DNA of 64,000 nucleotides. Origin: an uncultured virus (IMG/VR IMGVR_UViG_3300029305_009617). Its lineage: Duplodnaviria; Heunggongvirae; Uroviricota; Caudoviricetes. The notes beneath the pieces were generated by a model, which saw only the letters and a list, made by a program, of their open reading frames with translations, was not told the DNA's origin and searched no databases. Position numbers and translations under genes: made by a program. The stretch is from IMG/VR virus record IMGVR_UViG_3300029305_009617; one strand, given 5' to 3'. This document shows positions 27,893 to 37,987 of this stretch, one piece after another. The first letter of the stretch is position 1, and each line of letters starts with the position of its first letter.

Positions 27893-29644
27893 ATGTCACT
27901 TTACAACGAATTTAGACCACATTCCCTTAATGATGTTAAGGGTCAGGATAATGTAGTCGCACAAATTAGAGGAATTATTGCCACCGGTAATATTCCTAAT
28001 GTCAGTTTATTTGTCGGCCCACGTGGTACTGGTAAAACGACGGTTGCAAGAATCTTTGCGAAAAGTATTAACTGTTCAGATTCTACACCAGTGTCCGGCC
28101 CTTGTAACCAGTGTAAAACTTGCGCAGAAATTGATGCCGGTATTTCACTTGACGTTACAGAATTGGATGCTGCATCTCATAATAAGGTTGATGATGTTCA
28201 TGGGATTATAGAAAGTAGCGCTTATACTCCTATTGGAAAATACAAAGTGTATATCTTTGATGAAGCTCATATGTTTTCTGTAGCTGCCTTTAATGCATTG
28301 TTGAAATTATTAGAGGAACCGCCCGCTTACTGCAAATTTATCCTTTGTACGACAGAAGAACATAAAATCCCTGTAACTATTCTGTCACGTTGCAGAAAAT
28401 TCTATTTTGAGAGAATTGACTTGTCCGTCATTTCTGATAAGTTGATTTCAATTTGTAAAAGCAAAGGAATTACAGACTTTGAACTTGATGCGATCCACAT
28501 GATTGCTAAGAAATCAGACGGATGTATGAGAGATGCAGAGTCTCTTTTAGAGTGTTTTGTTGACTCTAAAAATATTACAAAAGAAGCTGTTTCCGAAATT
28601 CTTGGAATAGCAGATGAGGAGAGTGTTTATTCTATTATTTCAGGATTGCTCAACGGCAGTTTTGACTTATGTGCTAATGCAATTAGAACATATCAAAAAC
28701 ATGGAAAAAATCTTCATTTGCTTGTCCATTCATTAATGGAAGCATTAGCGGATATTGTGTATGTGTTACAATCTGGCAATAGTAGTGCCATAGATGGTTC
28801 TAATAGCTACATCGATTATATTGTACGCTTGTCATCTAAAACCACTGTTTCAGATTGTATTAAGTACATAACTGGACTTAGTGATATTTTTACTATGTCT
28901 CAAAAAAGTGCTGCAGCTGACTTTTTAATTGAAAGCAAGTTACTTTCGATGATGAGTATATCAAGTAGTGACAAAATGCTTGATAAAGAAGTTAACAAAT
29001 TATCAAATAAGTTAGAAGCACTTGAACATGCTTTTTTTGAAGGTATGAGAGAACGCTTGAATGAGGAATTTGCGAGAACTCCTGCAGAGTATCCTTGTAG
29101 CAAGGAAAATCAACAACTCTTTGATGAGGAATTTCCACCTGTAGCTATTACCGCTACAGAAACCGAAGAATTGAAAGATTTTGTCCCTTGTACCACAGAA
29201 AATATTCCTTTTACAGAGGAATCAGAGAATATTGTTGCGGAGGAAACTAAAGAACTTCCCGCCTCAGTTTCTGTTACAACTTCTGATTCGCCTATGGAAA
29301 TGCCATCTGTACCGCAATTCGCAGTAGGTAATTCGCTTCCAGGTGATATAAATCTTCCTGAAGGTGTTAAGGTAATGGGTAGTATTGATCTATCAGCATT
29401 TGCTAATCAAGCTCCTGCTGACAACTTACCGGTTTCAGAGCCTTCGTGCATTTCTAAATCAGCTACTGAAGCGCCGGTTTTAAATACACCTACTTCGGCA
29501 TCCGTATATGAATCTAACGAAATAGTACAGGAATCTGAAGCAGTAAAAGAATCTGAAAAACTATTGGCAGATACTTTGGTTTCTGATGGATTATTTGAGT
29601 TGATGAATGATGTGCCTATTTTTGGTTCATTATTCGACGCATAA
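27893..29644 (+). CDS. dnaX: DNA polymerase III gamma/tau subunit
   Basis: FRP, GQ, GPRGTGKTT, Zn module, ELDAAS, DEAHM, NALLKLLEEPP, SRC, GCMRDA. Confidence 0.95.
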   Translation: MSLYNEFRPHSLNDVKGQDNVVAQIRGIIATGNIPNVSLFVGPRGTGKTTVARIFAKSINCSDSTPVSGPCNQCKTCAEIDAGISLDVTELDAASHNKVDDVHGIIESSAYTPIGKYKVYIFDEAHMFSVAAFNALLKLLEEPPAYCKFILCTTEEHKIPVTILSRCRKFYFERIDLSVISDKLISICKSKGITDFELDAIHMIAKKSDGCMRDAESLLECFVDSKNITKEAVSEILGIADEESVYSIISGLLNGSFDLCANAIRTYQKHGKNLHLLVHSLMEALADIVYVLQSGNSSAIDGSNSYIDYIVRLSSKTTVSDCIKYITGLSDIFTMSQKSAAADFLIESKLLSMMSISSSDKMLDKEVNKLSNKLEALEHAFFEGMRERLNEEFARTPAEYPCSKENQQLFDEEFPPVAITATETEELKDFVPCTTENIPFTEESENIVAEETKELPASVSVTTSDSPMEMPSVPQFAVGNSLPGDINLPEGVKVMGSIDLSAFANQAPADNLPVSEPSCISKSATEAPVLNTPTSASVYESNEIVQESEAVKESEKLLADTLVSDGLFELMNDVPIFGSLFDA

Positions 29645-29651
29645 TTTATTT

Positions 29652-29694
29652 GGTGTGTACTTAGTCTTGACTAAGTACACACCTTTCTTTTTTT
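29652..29694 (+). terminator. Intrinsic terminator
   Basis: GGTGTGTACTTAGTC/GACTAAGTACACACC perfect stem plus T tract. Confidence 0.85.
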
Positions 29695-29695
29695 G

Positions 29696-29724
29696 TTGAT
29701 TTTTATATGTACAATTATGATAAT
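29696..29724 (+). promoter_or_regulatory. Promoter P1 of the ATATGTACAATT family
   Basis: TTGATT-tttATATGTACAATTat-GATAAT, 17 bp spacer. Confidence 0.65.
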
Positions 29725-29745
29725 AAAAGTATGGAGGATTTTTAT

Positions 29746-30996
29746 ATGGGAGAACAATTAGTAAAAACCGGATATATGAGAGTAGTGCGTACTAATAATA
29801 TACAATATATTTCTTTCAAAGAATTTCTAACATACGCCGACTCTACACGTCAATTTTTTAAATCAAAATACGATGCAGGAGAAATATCCGTTTATTGTGC
29901 CTGCTCATCTAATAATGATCTAGAGCTATCTATAACTGAAAATGGTGTAGTACGTGTAAAATCAAATCATCAACAAGAAAAGCATCTGCCGGCTTGTCCA
30001 AAATCAAAATATTATCAAAATTGGCTAAACAAGCATAAAAATGGTAATTTTTTGGTGGATGAAAAGGGGTCTGTGATTTTCAACATAACAATACCAAGTA
30101 TTTTTAAAAATACCTCTACCGGTAGTAGTAATAGTAGTGAAAGTTCCGATTCTTCTTTAGCTCATACTACCTTACTTTCAATGATTGCCACTCTGAATGC
30201 TATTGCTTGGGAAAAGCAGACCTATAGTAAGAAAAAAGAAATTGCTTTAGAAAATAAAGAGGGTCGGCCACATACATGGACATATAAAAATCGTGCCGAT
30301 TTTATACGTCTTATTTTTGGTGTGTCTAATGATATATTAGTAAAAAATGGAAAGAATATTTTTTCTTTCTATGAACTATGTTATCGCAAGGATATTTATT
30401 ATTCATGTGACGATTATAAAAGACGTTTTTTTATATATGCGCAAGTATCTAAAATATCTGAATTTAAAGAAGACCGCAAATATCAGTATGTCACGTTGGA
30501 AATGCCTTCTGACAAATCAAATAAAACAACTGTCCGTATTAAGACTGAAGTATATCTTGATATGATTGAAAATATAGATGTGGAAAATATAACTGATTAT
30601 ATTTTAGCTGGTTATGTGCACCGCAATCTCTTTGAAAATAGTGATTGGATGACTTTTATAAAAGGGTCTTTTTGTTTGGTATCTAATAATGGACTCTATT
30701 CAGAAAACGATTATGTTGCTAGCGTTTTTGATTATTTTTCTGAAATGCAAGTTATTTTTAAAAGATGTTATCAGCCCGTTTCTTGCTACGGAGAATGTAT
30801 ACCTACCATGATAGTCGAAAATATCCGAGGGAAGAGTGTCTTAATTGATTTTGTTGGTACAAAACAAATGCGAAGCAAGCGCTCCGCATTTGTTAAAAAT
30901 AATCCTGAATATAATATTATTATTTCACTGTATGAAGAATTTACGCCTGAAGAATTATATATTATGGTGAAAAAATTACTCCGGGTTGAATATTAA
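29746..30996 (+). CDS. Hypothetical protein with an N-terminal CxC..HxxxC metal-binding motif (DUF1173-like)
   Basis: YCAC...HLPACP; ATG after GGAGG. Confidence 0.55.
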   Translation: MGEQLVKTGYMRVVRTNNIQYISFKEFLTYADSTRQFFKSKYDAGEISVYCACSSNNDLELSITENGVVRVKSNHQQEKHLPACPKSKYYQNWLNKHKNGNFLVDEKGSVIFNITIPSIFKNTSTGSSNSSESSDSSLAHTTLLSMIATLNAIAWEKQTYSKKKEIALENKEGRPHTWTYKNRADFIRLIFGVSNDILVKNGKNIFSFYELCYRKDIYYSCDDYKRRFFIYAQVSKISEFKEDRKYQYVTLEMPSDKSNKTTVRIKTEVYLDMIENIDVENITDYILAGYVHRNLFENSDWMTFIKGSFCLVSNNGLYSENDYVASVFDYFSEMQVIFKRCYQPVSCYGECIPTMIVENIRGKSVLIDFVGTKQMRSKRSAFVKNNPEYNIIISLYEEFTPEELYIMVKKLLRVEY

Positions 30997-31268
30997 GCCG
31001 TTATCAGGTCTGATAACTTGATATCCTCATAGAACATCTCAACATTTGCAACCTTTCTTGTTGAGAACATTTTCTGGCCTTTTGAATTCAAAATGCAGGA
31101 TTCGTTGCTGTTGAGAATAATAGGAACCCTACGACAATTGTTTTCATTACCTTCTTTTAAAAAACTCTGCAGCTTTGTCATCAAATCCGGCAAGGATTCA
31201 CCGCATGCAGCATATAATTTGTAATTCTTTTTACTATATTTTTCATATCGTGACATTGCATTAGACAT
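30993..31268 (-). CDS. Small hypothetical protein
   Basis: AAGGAGG RBS before MSNAM. Confidence 0.6.
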   Translation of the reverse strand: MSNAMSRYEKYSKKNYKLYAACGESLPDLMTKLQSFLKEGNENNCRRVPIILNSNESCILNSKGQKMFSTRKVANVEMFYEDIKLSDLITA

Positions 31269-31468
31269 TTTGGTTACCTCCTTGTCATCGTGTAGAACAT
31301 TTGTTCTTTTTCTTAAAATATCATTTTTTTTTAATTCTGTCAACAATAAAATATTTTCAATATAACTATTCGTTAAATTATTCTTTTGCGAATAGTTGAT
31401 TATATGTCATTTTTGTTTTATTCATTATCTTCTCTATGCAACTTATCATAGTGACGGTTGAACTATAG

Positions 31469-31583
31469 ATGGCACTTATATTGAAGTATTTAGTATTTTA
31501 ATGGCACTTATATATAATTCTCGATGATTTTTTTGAAGAATACTTGGCACTAATAAATTATAAGTGCCAAGTATTCTTCAAAA
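31469..31583. repeat. Four TGGCACT boxes including a perfect 21 bp inverted repeat
   Basis: ATGGCACTTATA at 31469 and 31501; IR arms 31531-31551 and 31563-31583. Confidence 0.85.
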
Positions 31584-31683
31584 TTTTCAATTTAATATAC
31601 TAAAAATTTACCCTTGTATAGTTTCGAGACAAAAAATCGTATATATACTTGACTCATGTACGAATGATGGATATAATATAATT

Positions 31684-32076
31684 ATGAAAAAAGGTATTCT
31701 TAAACAGGTTACAACTACATATATATGTTATTATATTGCCTTCTGCCCTAGATATAAACGTAAAATATTCATTATACCGGGAATGGCTGAACGTGTAGAA
31801 GCACTCTCTTTGGAATTTTGTCAGCAGAAGCAACTGACTTTATTAGACATACACTTTTCCGAAGATACTGTATTTTTGCAAATATTAAGTGTTCCTGAAT
31901 TTAGTCCTAATGCGATTATTTATAAATTGAAAATGTACTTGTCTTCGTTCCTTTTGAATGAATTTGATGAGATCCGGAATATGCCAAATCTTTGGACTAA
32001 GGCTTATTATGTTTCAACCACAGGCTTTGATGCTGATATGTTGGAAGTATTTATTAACTCACAAAGGAAAAAATAG
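31684..32076 (+). CDS. IS200/IS605 TnpA (Y1) homolog lacking the HUH motif and catalytic Tyr
   Basis: FCPRYKRKIF and LWTKAYYVST retained; EDTVFL replaces PDHVHL; VFINSQ replaces YIENQ. Confidence 0.8.
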   Translation: MKKGILKQVTTTYICYYIAFCPRYKRKIFIIPGMAERVEALSLEFCQQKQLTLLDIHFSEDTVFLQILSVPEFSPNAIIYKLKMYLSSFLLNEFDEIRNMPNLWTKAYYVSTTGFDADMLEVFINSQRKK

Positions 32077-32091
32077 TTAGGGTGTGATTAT

Positions 32092-32598
32092 ATGTTAAAT
32101 ATTCAAAATACTACGGATGAAACGGTAAACGTTTTCCGTGCATTACGCTTACGCAAGGTGGTCGATGGTAAAGTTTGTTCTATTAGGGAATTATCAAGGC
32201 TTATGGGTGGTCGCATTGCACCATCACGCATTTCGGAAGTTGAACGCGGGGTTGCTGAGCCGTCGCAAAAAACATTACAAGCGTATCATGATTTTTTTCA
32301 CGTTTCTTATGATATCCTGCTTGGACATGATGAATTAAGTATGGCTCCTACTAATAACAGCTTTGACGAAATTCTGGATACTCTATCCTCTTACGATAAT
32401 TCTACAGATAAACAAATGTTGAATTTATTTATCTCATTGGGGACAACGGATTACGGGCTCGCTATTTTGTATTATCTTTCAGAATTTATATATGGAGATG
32501 ACTTACCTCCGGAGAAATTTGCAGAGTTATTATTCAAATTAAAAACTAAGAAATTTCAAAATATGAATTACCAATCTATCCGGCAAATTCTTGATTAA
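32092..32598 (+). CDS. XRE-family HTH regulator
   Basis: SIRELS..PSRISEVERGVAEPS..FFHVSYDILLG. Confidence 0.85.
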   Translation: MLNIQNTTDETVNVFRALRLRKVVDGKVCSIRELSRLMGGRIAPSRISEVERGVAEPSQKTLQAYHDFFHVSYDILLGHDELSMAPTNNSFDEILDTLSSYDNSTDKQMLNLFISLGTTDYGLAILYYLSEFIYGDDLPPEKFAELLFKLKTKKFQNMNYQSIRQILD

Positions 32599-32623
32599 TA
32601 GAAATAGATTTAAGGAGGTGTCT

Positions 32624-33238
32624 ATGGAGGCTAAAACTTATTCTTATAAGGAAGCACTTTCTGAACTGGATACTATTTGTAATGAAATTAATTTATATGT
32701 AAACAATAATGCATCTGTTCCCGAAAAATTGAGTAATGGTTTCGCCTTATCGGTAATTGATGTGCTTAAAAAGTTTGCAATGGATGTGGGACAAGAAAAT
32801 TTAGATAGGATTTATTTAGATATTGATAAGTATTATGATACTCTTGAGGATAAGATATCTGCTGACATTGGTCCATTGTCATCGATTAAGAAAACATTGT
32901 TGCTTCAAGGCTATACTGCCATTCGCAATAAGTTGGAACTCTATGCTGCTTCTAATTATCTTGATGAGCAATTTCATGGGGATATTATGGATATTTCAAA
33001 CTTTCTTAATAAATCATGCGTGATGGAATATATAAAAACGGACCATTATCGACGGAAAGATTTTGATTATGCTTCCTATTTTTTTAATTTGCGTAATTCT
33101 TCTATTGATATTGCCAAGGAAGCGTACATAACCGCCATTGATATGTTGCTTACATCCACATCTGATGCAGATTTTTATCATTACTTGGAATTATGTGCTT
33201 CTTGTGATGCAGCTTTTGATGCAATTGTACTTTTGTAA
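32624..33238 (+). CDS. Hypothetical protein
   Basis: AAGGAGG RBS. Confidence 0.65.
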   Translation: MEAKTYSYKEALSELDTICNEINLYVNNNASVPEKLSNGFALSVIDVLKKFAMDVGQENLDRIYLDIDKYYDTLEDKISADIGPLSSIKKTLLLQGYTAIRNKLELYAASNYLDEQFHGDIMDISNFLNKSCVMEYIKTDHYRRKDFDYASYFFNLRNSSIDIAKEAYITAIDMLLTSTSDADFYHYLELCASCDAAFDAIVLL

Positions 33239-33301
33239 AATAAGAGAATATAGAAAGTATATTTACAATAGTTATTTAAATTGAATATAAAAAAGAGGCA
33301 A

Positions 33302-33637
33302 CTAGGCCTCTTTTTTTAATATTGCAAAGATTTCATCTCTTATTTCCAGGAGAAGTTTAAATTGGTTCCAATGATGTTCTCCCATTGGTCCAAAAGTCCG
33401 GTCAATTTTTTCCCATTCATCTTTAGTCATCCCACCCTGTTTGAGATAAAAAAAGATGATCGTTGACAAACTCTCCAGTTTCTTTCGACTGTTCTCACGT
33501 ACCTCAAAAGAGGTAGTTCTGTAAGTGACAACAGAATTGGCATATTTCAATGCCTTTGTCAGATCCTTTTCAAATCCTGCAATCTTTTCTTCCGGTATAT
33601 TCGAAATTACCAGAAGTACTTTTTCCTGAGGTGTCAT
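33302..33637 (-). CDS. Hypothetical protein
   Basis: AAGGAGG RBS before MTPQEK. Confidence 0.6.
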   Translation of the reverse strand: MTPQEKVLLVISNIPEEKIAGFEKDLTKALKYANSVVTYRTTSFEVRENSRKKLESLSTIIFFYLKQGGMTKDEWEKIDRTFGPMGEHHWNQFKLLLEIRDEIFAILKKEA

Positions 33638-34237
33638 AGACGCCTCCTTTCTCCCCTTCTGGGGTAAATGGAGGCTCATGTGCCTCAGTTTTTATTTTAA
33701 CCACAAAAGCTAATCTTTTGTGACCAGGTACTGGAACATATAATCATACATTAATTGTCTGCATCTGCAGACAATTAACATTTCCTATATCAACAGCACT
33801 CATATACCAGCACGATATATTATAATGGCTTCTGCTCATTGTAATACATCTAATTGATATATGTTTTATCACAGTTATAAAATGCAATAAAAAAGTAATT
33901 ACTTTCTTGATTTCACAAATAATTGCGACTCCAAGAAAATAATCACTACTGTGCTGCTTTTTTATCGTTCGCTATTATTCGTGTATTCTGAATTTTTAAA
34001 ATGCTTTCTTATCTCACTCTGCTGAGTTTTTGAAAAGAAATGCAATCTTGAATTCAGGCTCCTTTTCTAATTATTAATAACAAAAATAAAACGAACAATA
34101 AATAAAAATATCTTATTGTTATAATAAATCCTTGGGTATCCGAAAGTCAATATGATTTCCGAAATTTCTCCATAAATTCCTATAAAAGTAGTTTTTTATT
34201 ATAAATAAGCTACCAGAAATCTGGTAGCTTATTCACA

Positions 34238-35188
34238 TTACGCCATTTGTTTTTCATATATAGATTTTATCTGATAATTCACTAAATCTGCAGGACATCC
34301 TTGCAGTGTATTCTTAACTTCGAAAAATTGTCTTGTCCTTAACGTTCCTAGCCCAAGATAATCTTGTACTGTTTGCTCTGTTGCACCGGCGCCGATCATT
34401 TCTAAAATTGCTCTAGCACGCATGTCCTTTAATCCATAATTTCTTTCCAGTCCAGCTTTTTTACAAATAGAAGCAATATTATCGTCCAGATTTTTTAATG
34501 TAAGTTTGTGTTTGTACTTATTATAAAACAAATTACCTTCCTCGTCTGTATATGTCAGAGTCTCAAGATAATTCATGAGTAATAATTCCACATCCTTTGG
34601 TAAAATAATGGACAAGCTTTTGTTAGGATTTTGTGAGTCTGGAAAGAAAATACCTACTCTTCCATTTTCCTTAAATAATGAATTTTTTTTGATTTGTAGA
34701 ATTTTTGTAGCGGACAATCCTACTCTTGTCGCAATAGAGATAATTAAATAATACATTGGCTTCTCTTTCGCGGTGGAAAGGATTGCATCCAATTCTTCTA
34801 ATGCTGGAATATTAGCAAGCGTAACTTTATCATTAATCGCTGGCCTAATAATTTTAGTAAAAGGATTTTTGAAGCCTAATTCCGGATATGTATTTTCAAT
34901 GTATTTTGATACTGTATTGTAACAGGATAATCTAACGCAGATTGTTTTCTTTGAAAGGGTTCCTTCACCACACATAGAATACATTCGATTGAATGCATTC
35001 GCTGCATCCGCCTCTGTAATTTCTAAAAAATCTTTTCTACAAAACCGGTTACAGAGAATGCCTATATATCTTGTATATTCTGTTCTTGTTCGTGCGTTTC
35101 CCTTTTTGCTTGCAAAGGTTAATAAGATTTCATTTTTAAAATATTCGCTCATATAATCTATGTTTTCTGTTCCATTTAACTCCGGCAT
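34238..35188 (-). CDS. Tyrosine recombinase (Xer/integrase) fold protein with degenerate catalytic residues
   Basis: NPF linker; VGLSATKILQI; LKDMR; VQDYLGL...RQF. Confidence 0.75.
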   Translation of the reverse strand: MPELNGTENIDYMSEYFKNEILLTFASKKGNARTRTEYTRYIGILCNRFCRKDFLEITEADAANAFNRMYSMCGEGTLSKKTICVRLSCYNTVSKYIENTYPELGFKNPFTKIIRPAINDKVTLANIPALEELDAILSTAKEKPMYYLIISIATRVGLSATKILQIKKNSLFKENGRVGIFFPDSQNPNKSLSIILPKDVELLLMNYLETLTYTDEEGNLFYNKYKHKLTLKNLDDNIASICKKAGLERNYGLKDMRARAILEMIGAGATEQTVQDYLGLGTLRTRQFFEVKNTLQGCPADLVNYQIKSIYEKQMA

Positions 35189-35205
35189 TCGAATATGACT
35201 CCTTT

Positions 35206-35679
35206 CTATAATCGTAATGAACGTTCTTTCTTTATCAACGTAAGTGGTATTAATATAATGCATGCAATAATAATAAACTTATTCCCGTAGTCTGCTACCC
35301 CTGAATATACTCTATGCATATTTATTAAGATTAAATATATTTGAAGTATGATACATATGTTGCTAAAATACTTGGTTGCTTTTCTAGCTTGATTTATCAT
35401 ATATAAGTTGCCTTCATTATTTTTCAAAGCATTCTTGTATATATCAAGTAAATATTGTATTTCCAGTTCCTTGTCTCCTGGTAAAGCAATTTCAATAATT
35501 TTCCCTTTACCTCGACGGTATGTTGCTATTTTGATTCTATATTTTCTACCTTTTAGATACATAATTCCTTGGTATATATTTTTGTGGAATCCTTTCTGAA
35601 TTATTTTTTCAAGCATAACACCTCCTCCCAATGCCTCAATATCTTTTTCATATATTACCATATTTTTATCAAATAACAT
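35206..35679 (-). CDS. Hypothetical protein with C-terminal TM segments
   Basis: GGAGG RBS; hydrophobic C-terminus. Confidence 0.55.
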   Translation of the reverse strand: MLFDKNMVIYEKDIEALGGGVMLEKIIQKGFHKNIYQGIMYLKGRKYRIKIATYRRGKGKIIEIALPGDKELEIQYLLDIYKNALKNNEGNLYMINQARKATKYFSNICIILQIYLILINMHRVYSGVADYGNKFIIIACIILIPLTLIKKERSLRL

Positions 35680-35841
35680 GTGACCTCCTAGTGAACATTT
35701 GTTCTGTTTTATCATAGCATATTTTTCTACCTATTTCAATGTTTCATCAATTGTTCTTATATAATTTTTATTGATTATATGTGTTTTTTATTAAAAATTA
35801 GAATAAATGATTAAAAATTGAAAATTTGATAGTAAGGTTGT

Positions 35842-35870
35842 TTGCCTTTCATATGTACAATTCGCATAAT
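35842..35870 (+). promoter_or_regulatory. Promoter P2 of the ATATGTACAATT family
   Basis: TTGCCT-ttcATATGTACAATTcg-CATAAT, 17 bp spacer. Confidence 0.7.
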
Positions 35871-35897
35871 TAAAATTAGATAAGGAGATGTAATATT

Positions 35898-37967
35898 ATG
35901 GTAAAAAGAACGCCTGGGTATCCCTGTTGCCCGTATATAGTAAAGAAAATTCAATCTGAAGAAGAGTTATGGTATTATATTAAAGTTTTTACATCAACAT
36001 GTATAGAGCGTAATGTAGAACCTAATATCATTGTGGATGATTTAATTGCCACATTATCTTGTTTATCTCATGAAGCCAATGTTGCAAGACCGGATATATC
36101 GTCTCTTGGACGAACAGCAGCGGATATTTGTGATTCTATTATTACACGAACAGATATCCCTCCTTTTCATAGTTGTACAACTCTTTACAAAAAAATTGAC
36201 TCTACTCTCGCTGGATGTAGACTATGTCCTTACAGTTCAGCCTATCAGAATGCAAATGAAAAAAATGAAGTAGCATTATTTCGATATTTATTAGAAAATG
36301 AGTCGAATTTTGATTATGTTACAGAATTATTTCCGAGAGAATACTTTACTTCCTGTATGGATGTATCGATGGGTATACCTGTAAGAAAAGCTCATTTTTT
36401 TCCTATGCTTAATATCCTACTTACATCTATGTTGAAACCTAATATAAGATTTCTTTTATTTACTTCTTTGGATACTTCCTTTATTGGACAAGAAGCTACA
36501 GCTTTTGATTTGGCATGTGAAGATGCATTCCAGACATTTCCATCAAGAAGGAAAGTTGCTGCAGATTTAAAGAGAAATCCTATGTGGCAAGCGGCATTAA
36601 AATCACAAATAAAAACAATGATTAATTCTGCTCCTATGCTCACAAAAGAAGACGTCCGAAAACTTTTTGATATTATGATAGCTGAGCAGACAAAAGATAC
36701 TTCTAAAGAAGGAATATCTCAGCAAATACAACCAATATCAGTTTTTGATGTAAATGAGATTGTTCCTTCTGAGTCCTCTGAAAAAGAGAGCTTATCTGGG
36801 GAAAATAGTAGGTGTAATGAAGGGGAAAAAATCTCTGTAGAACCTAAGTGTAATTCCGATAGTTTGAATCATGCATCCTCAAAGGACACTTCGACAGATA
36901 TTCCGGAAGAGGGAGTGAATACTTTTTCGTCTGATTGTAAAAAGGAAGATAATATTACTGTTTCTCCGGAAGAATTGGATACATCTGTCTACTTTTTTAC
37001 AGATGATGTCATTTTACATGTGAAACTAACACAAGAACTACTTTTAACAAAAAAAATTATAACCTTAGAAAAAGGTCAAGAATTACCTGCTGCTTTTTAT
37101 CATGGAACTTTGCGGGATTTAACACTATCTATAGAAGTAGTGACGGATATGAACGGAGACTATTCTTATCTTATTTGGAGTAGACATTTAGGAAAATTTA
37201 TATGTTGTAAAATAACAGATGCTCATCCATTATTAACGTCGTTATTAACTCGGGCTAAAGTTAAAAAAATCTGCCATACTCCATACTTGTTGTATGCAGC
37301 TTCTAAATTGAACAATATTGCTTTGAAAAATGTTTTTTCTATTCATACAGCTCATAATTGTCTTATAAAAAATAAGAGGGTATTATCCTATAAAGATTTG
37401 ATTAAATCGTATCCTACAATAAAGCCGTATGGTTATATTATTGATGAATCACTGACTGATAATGTTTGCCCTGTATTAAGTGGTATGCCTCTATATAGAC
37501 CTATACATAAGCTATTAAATGATTTGCTGGATAAGAACCATGAACCACATATACTGCTTTCTCAAATGTATATAGACGAAGCTTTTGCAACTTCTTATCT
37601 ATATGCATTGAACTTTGATTTAGATGGTTATGTTTTTTATTTGTCAAAAAACAACGAAATTGTCTTTAATAATAGCTTTATATCTAAAAGCAAGTTTAAT
37701 GGCCAAAAATTAAGCTATTATGCAAGTGAGGGCAATGAATCATGTCGTGGGGTGTTTTTGTATATTCTTGAAAAATTGTCCGAAAAAGGGATTTTTAGAA
37801 AGCAACGTATTCAGATTGTAAATATGAATAACTCTATTTTGGAATTATTCGTGAGTACAGAAATCGCAGATTATATATGTTCTGTTATTGAGCTGCTTAT
37901 TTTTTCATATGGGAAAAATTACACTCAAAATGGACTGCAGCTGGAATGTATTAAAGTAACTATATAA
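35898..37967 (+). CDS. Large protein: Cys-cluster (primase large-subunit-like) N-terminus plus degenerate PolA-type 3'-5' exonuclease-like region
   Basis: PCCPYI, PFHSCTTL, CRLCPY; KKICH...LKNVFSIHTAHNCL. Confidence 0.45.
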   Translation: MVKRTPGYPCCPYIVKKIQSEEELWYYIKVFTSTCIERNVEPNIIVDDLIATLSCLSHEANVARPDISSLGRTAADICDSIITRTDIPPFHSCTTLYKKIDSTLAGCRLCPYSSAYQNANEKNEVALFRYLLENESNFDYVTELFPREYFTSCMDVSMGIPVRKAHFFPMLNILLTSMLKPNIRFLLFTSLDTSFIGQEATAFDLACEDAFQTFPSRRKVAADLKRNPMWQAALKSQIKTMINSAPMLTKEDVRKLFDIMIAEQTKDTSKEGISQQIQPISVFDVNEIVPSESSEKESLSGENSRCNEGEKISVEPKCNSDSLNHASSKDTSTDIPEEGVNTFSSDCKKEDNITVSPEELDTSVYFFTDDVILHVKLTQELLLTKKIITLEKGQELPAAFYHGTLRDLTLSIEVVTDMNGDYSYLIWSRHLGKFICCKITDAHPLLTSLLTRAKVKKICHTPYLLYAASKLNNIALKNVFSIHTAHNCLIKNKRVLSYKDLIKSYPTIKPYGYIIDESLTDNVCPVLSGMPLYRPIHKLLNDLLDKNHEPHILLSQMYIDEAFATSYLYALNFDLDGYVFYLSKNNEIVFNNSFISKSKFNGQKLSYYASEGNESCRGVFLYILEKLSEKGIFRKQRIQIVNMNNSILELFVSTEIADYICSVIELLIFSYGKNYTQNGLQLECIKVTI

Positions 37968-37987
37968 ATTTAATGAGGAATATGATA

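Noticed and set aside
31649..31677. Dead-tnpA promoter (CATGTACGAAT) as a fifth ATATGTACAATT promoter
   Set aside because: Only a partial match and at a different offset from the -10 box.
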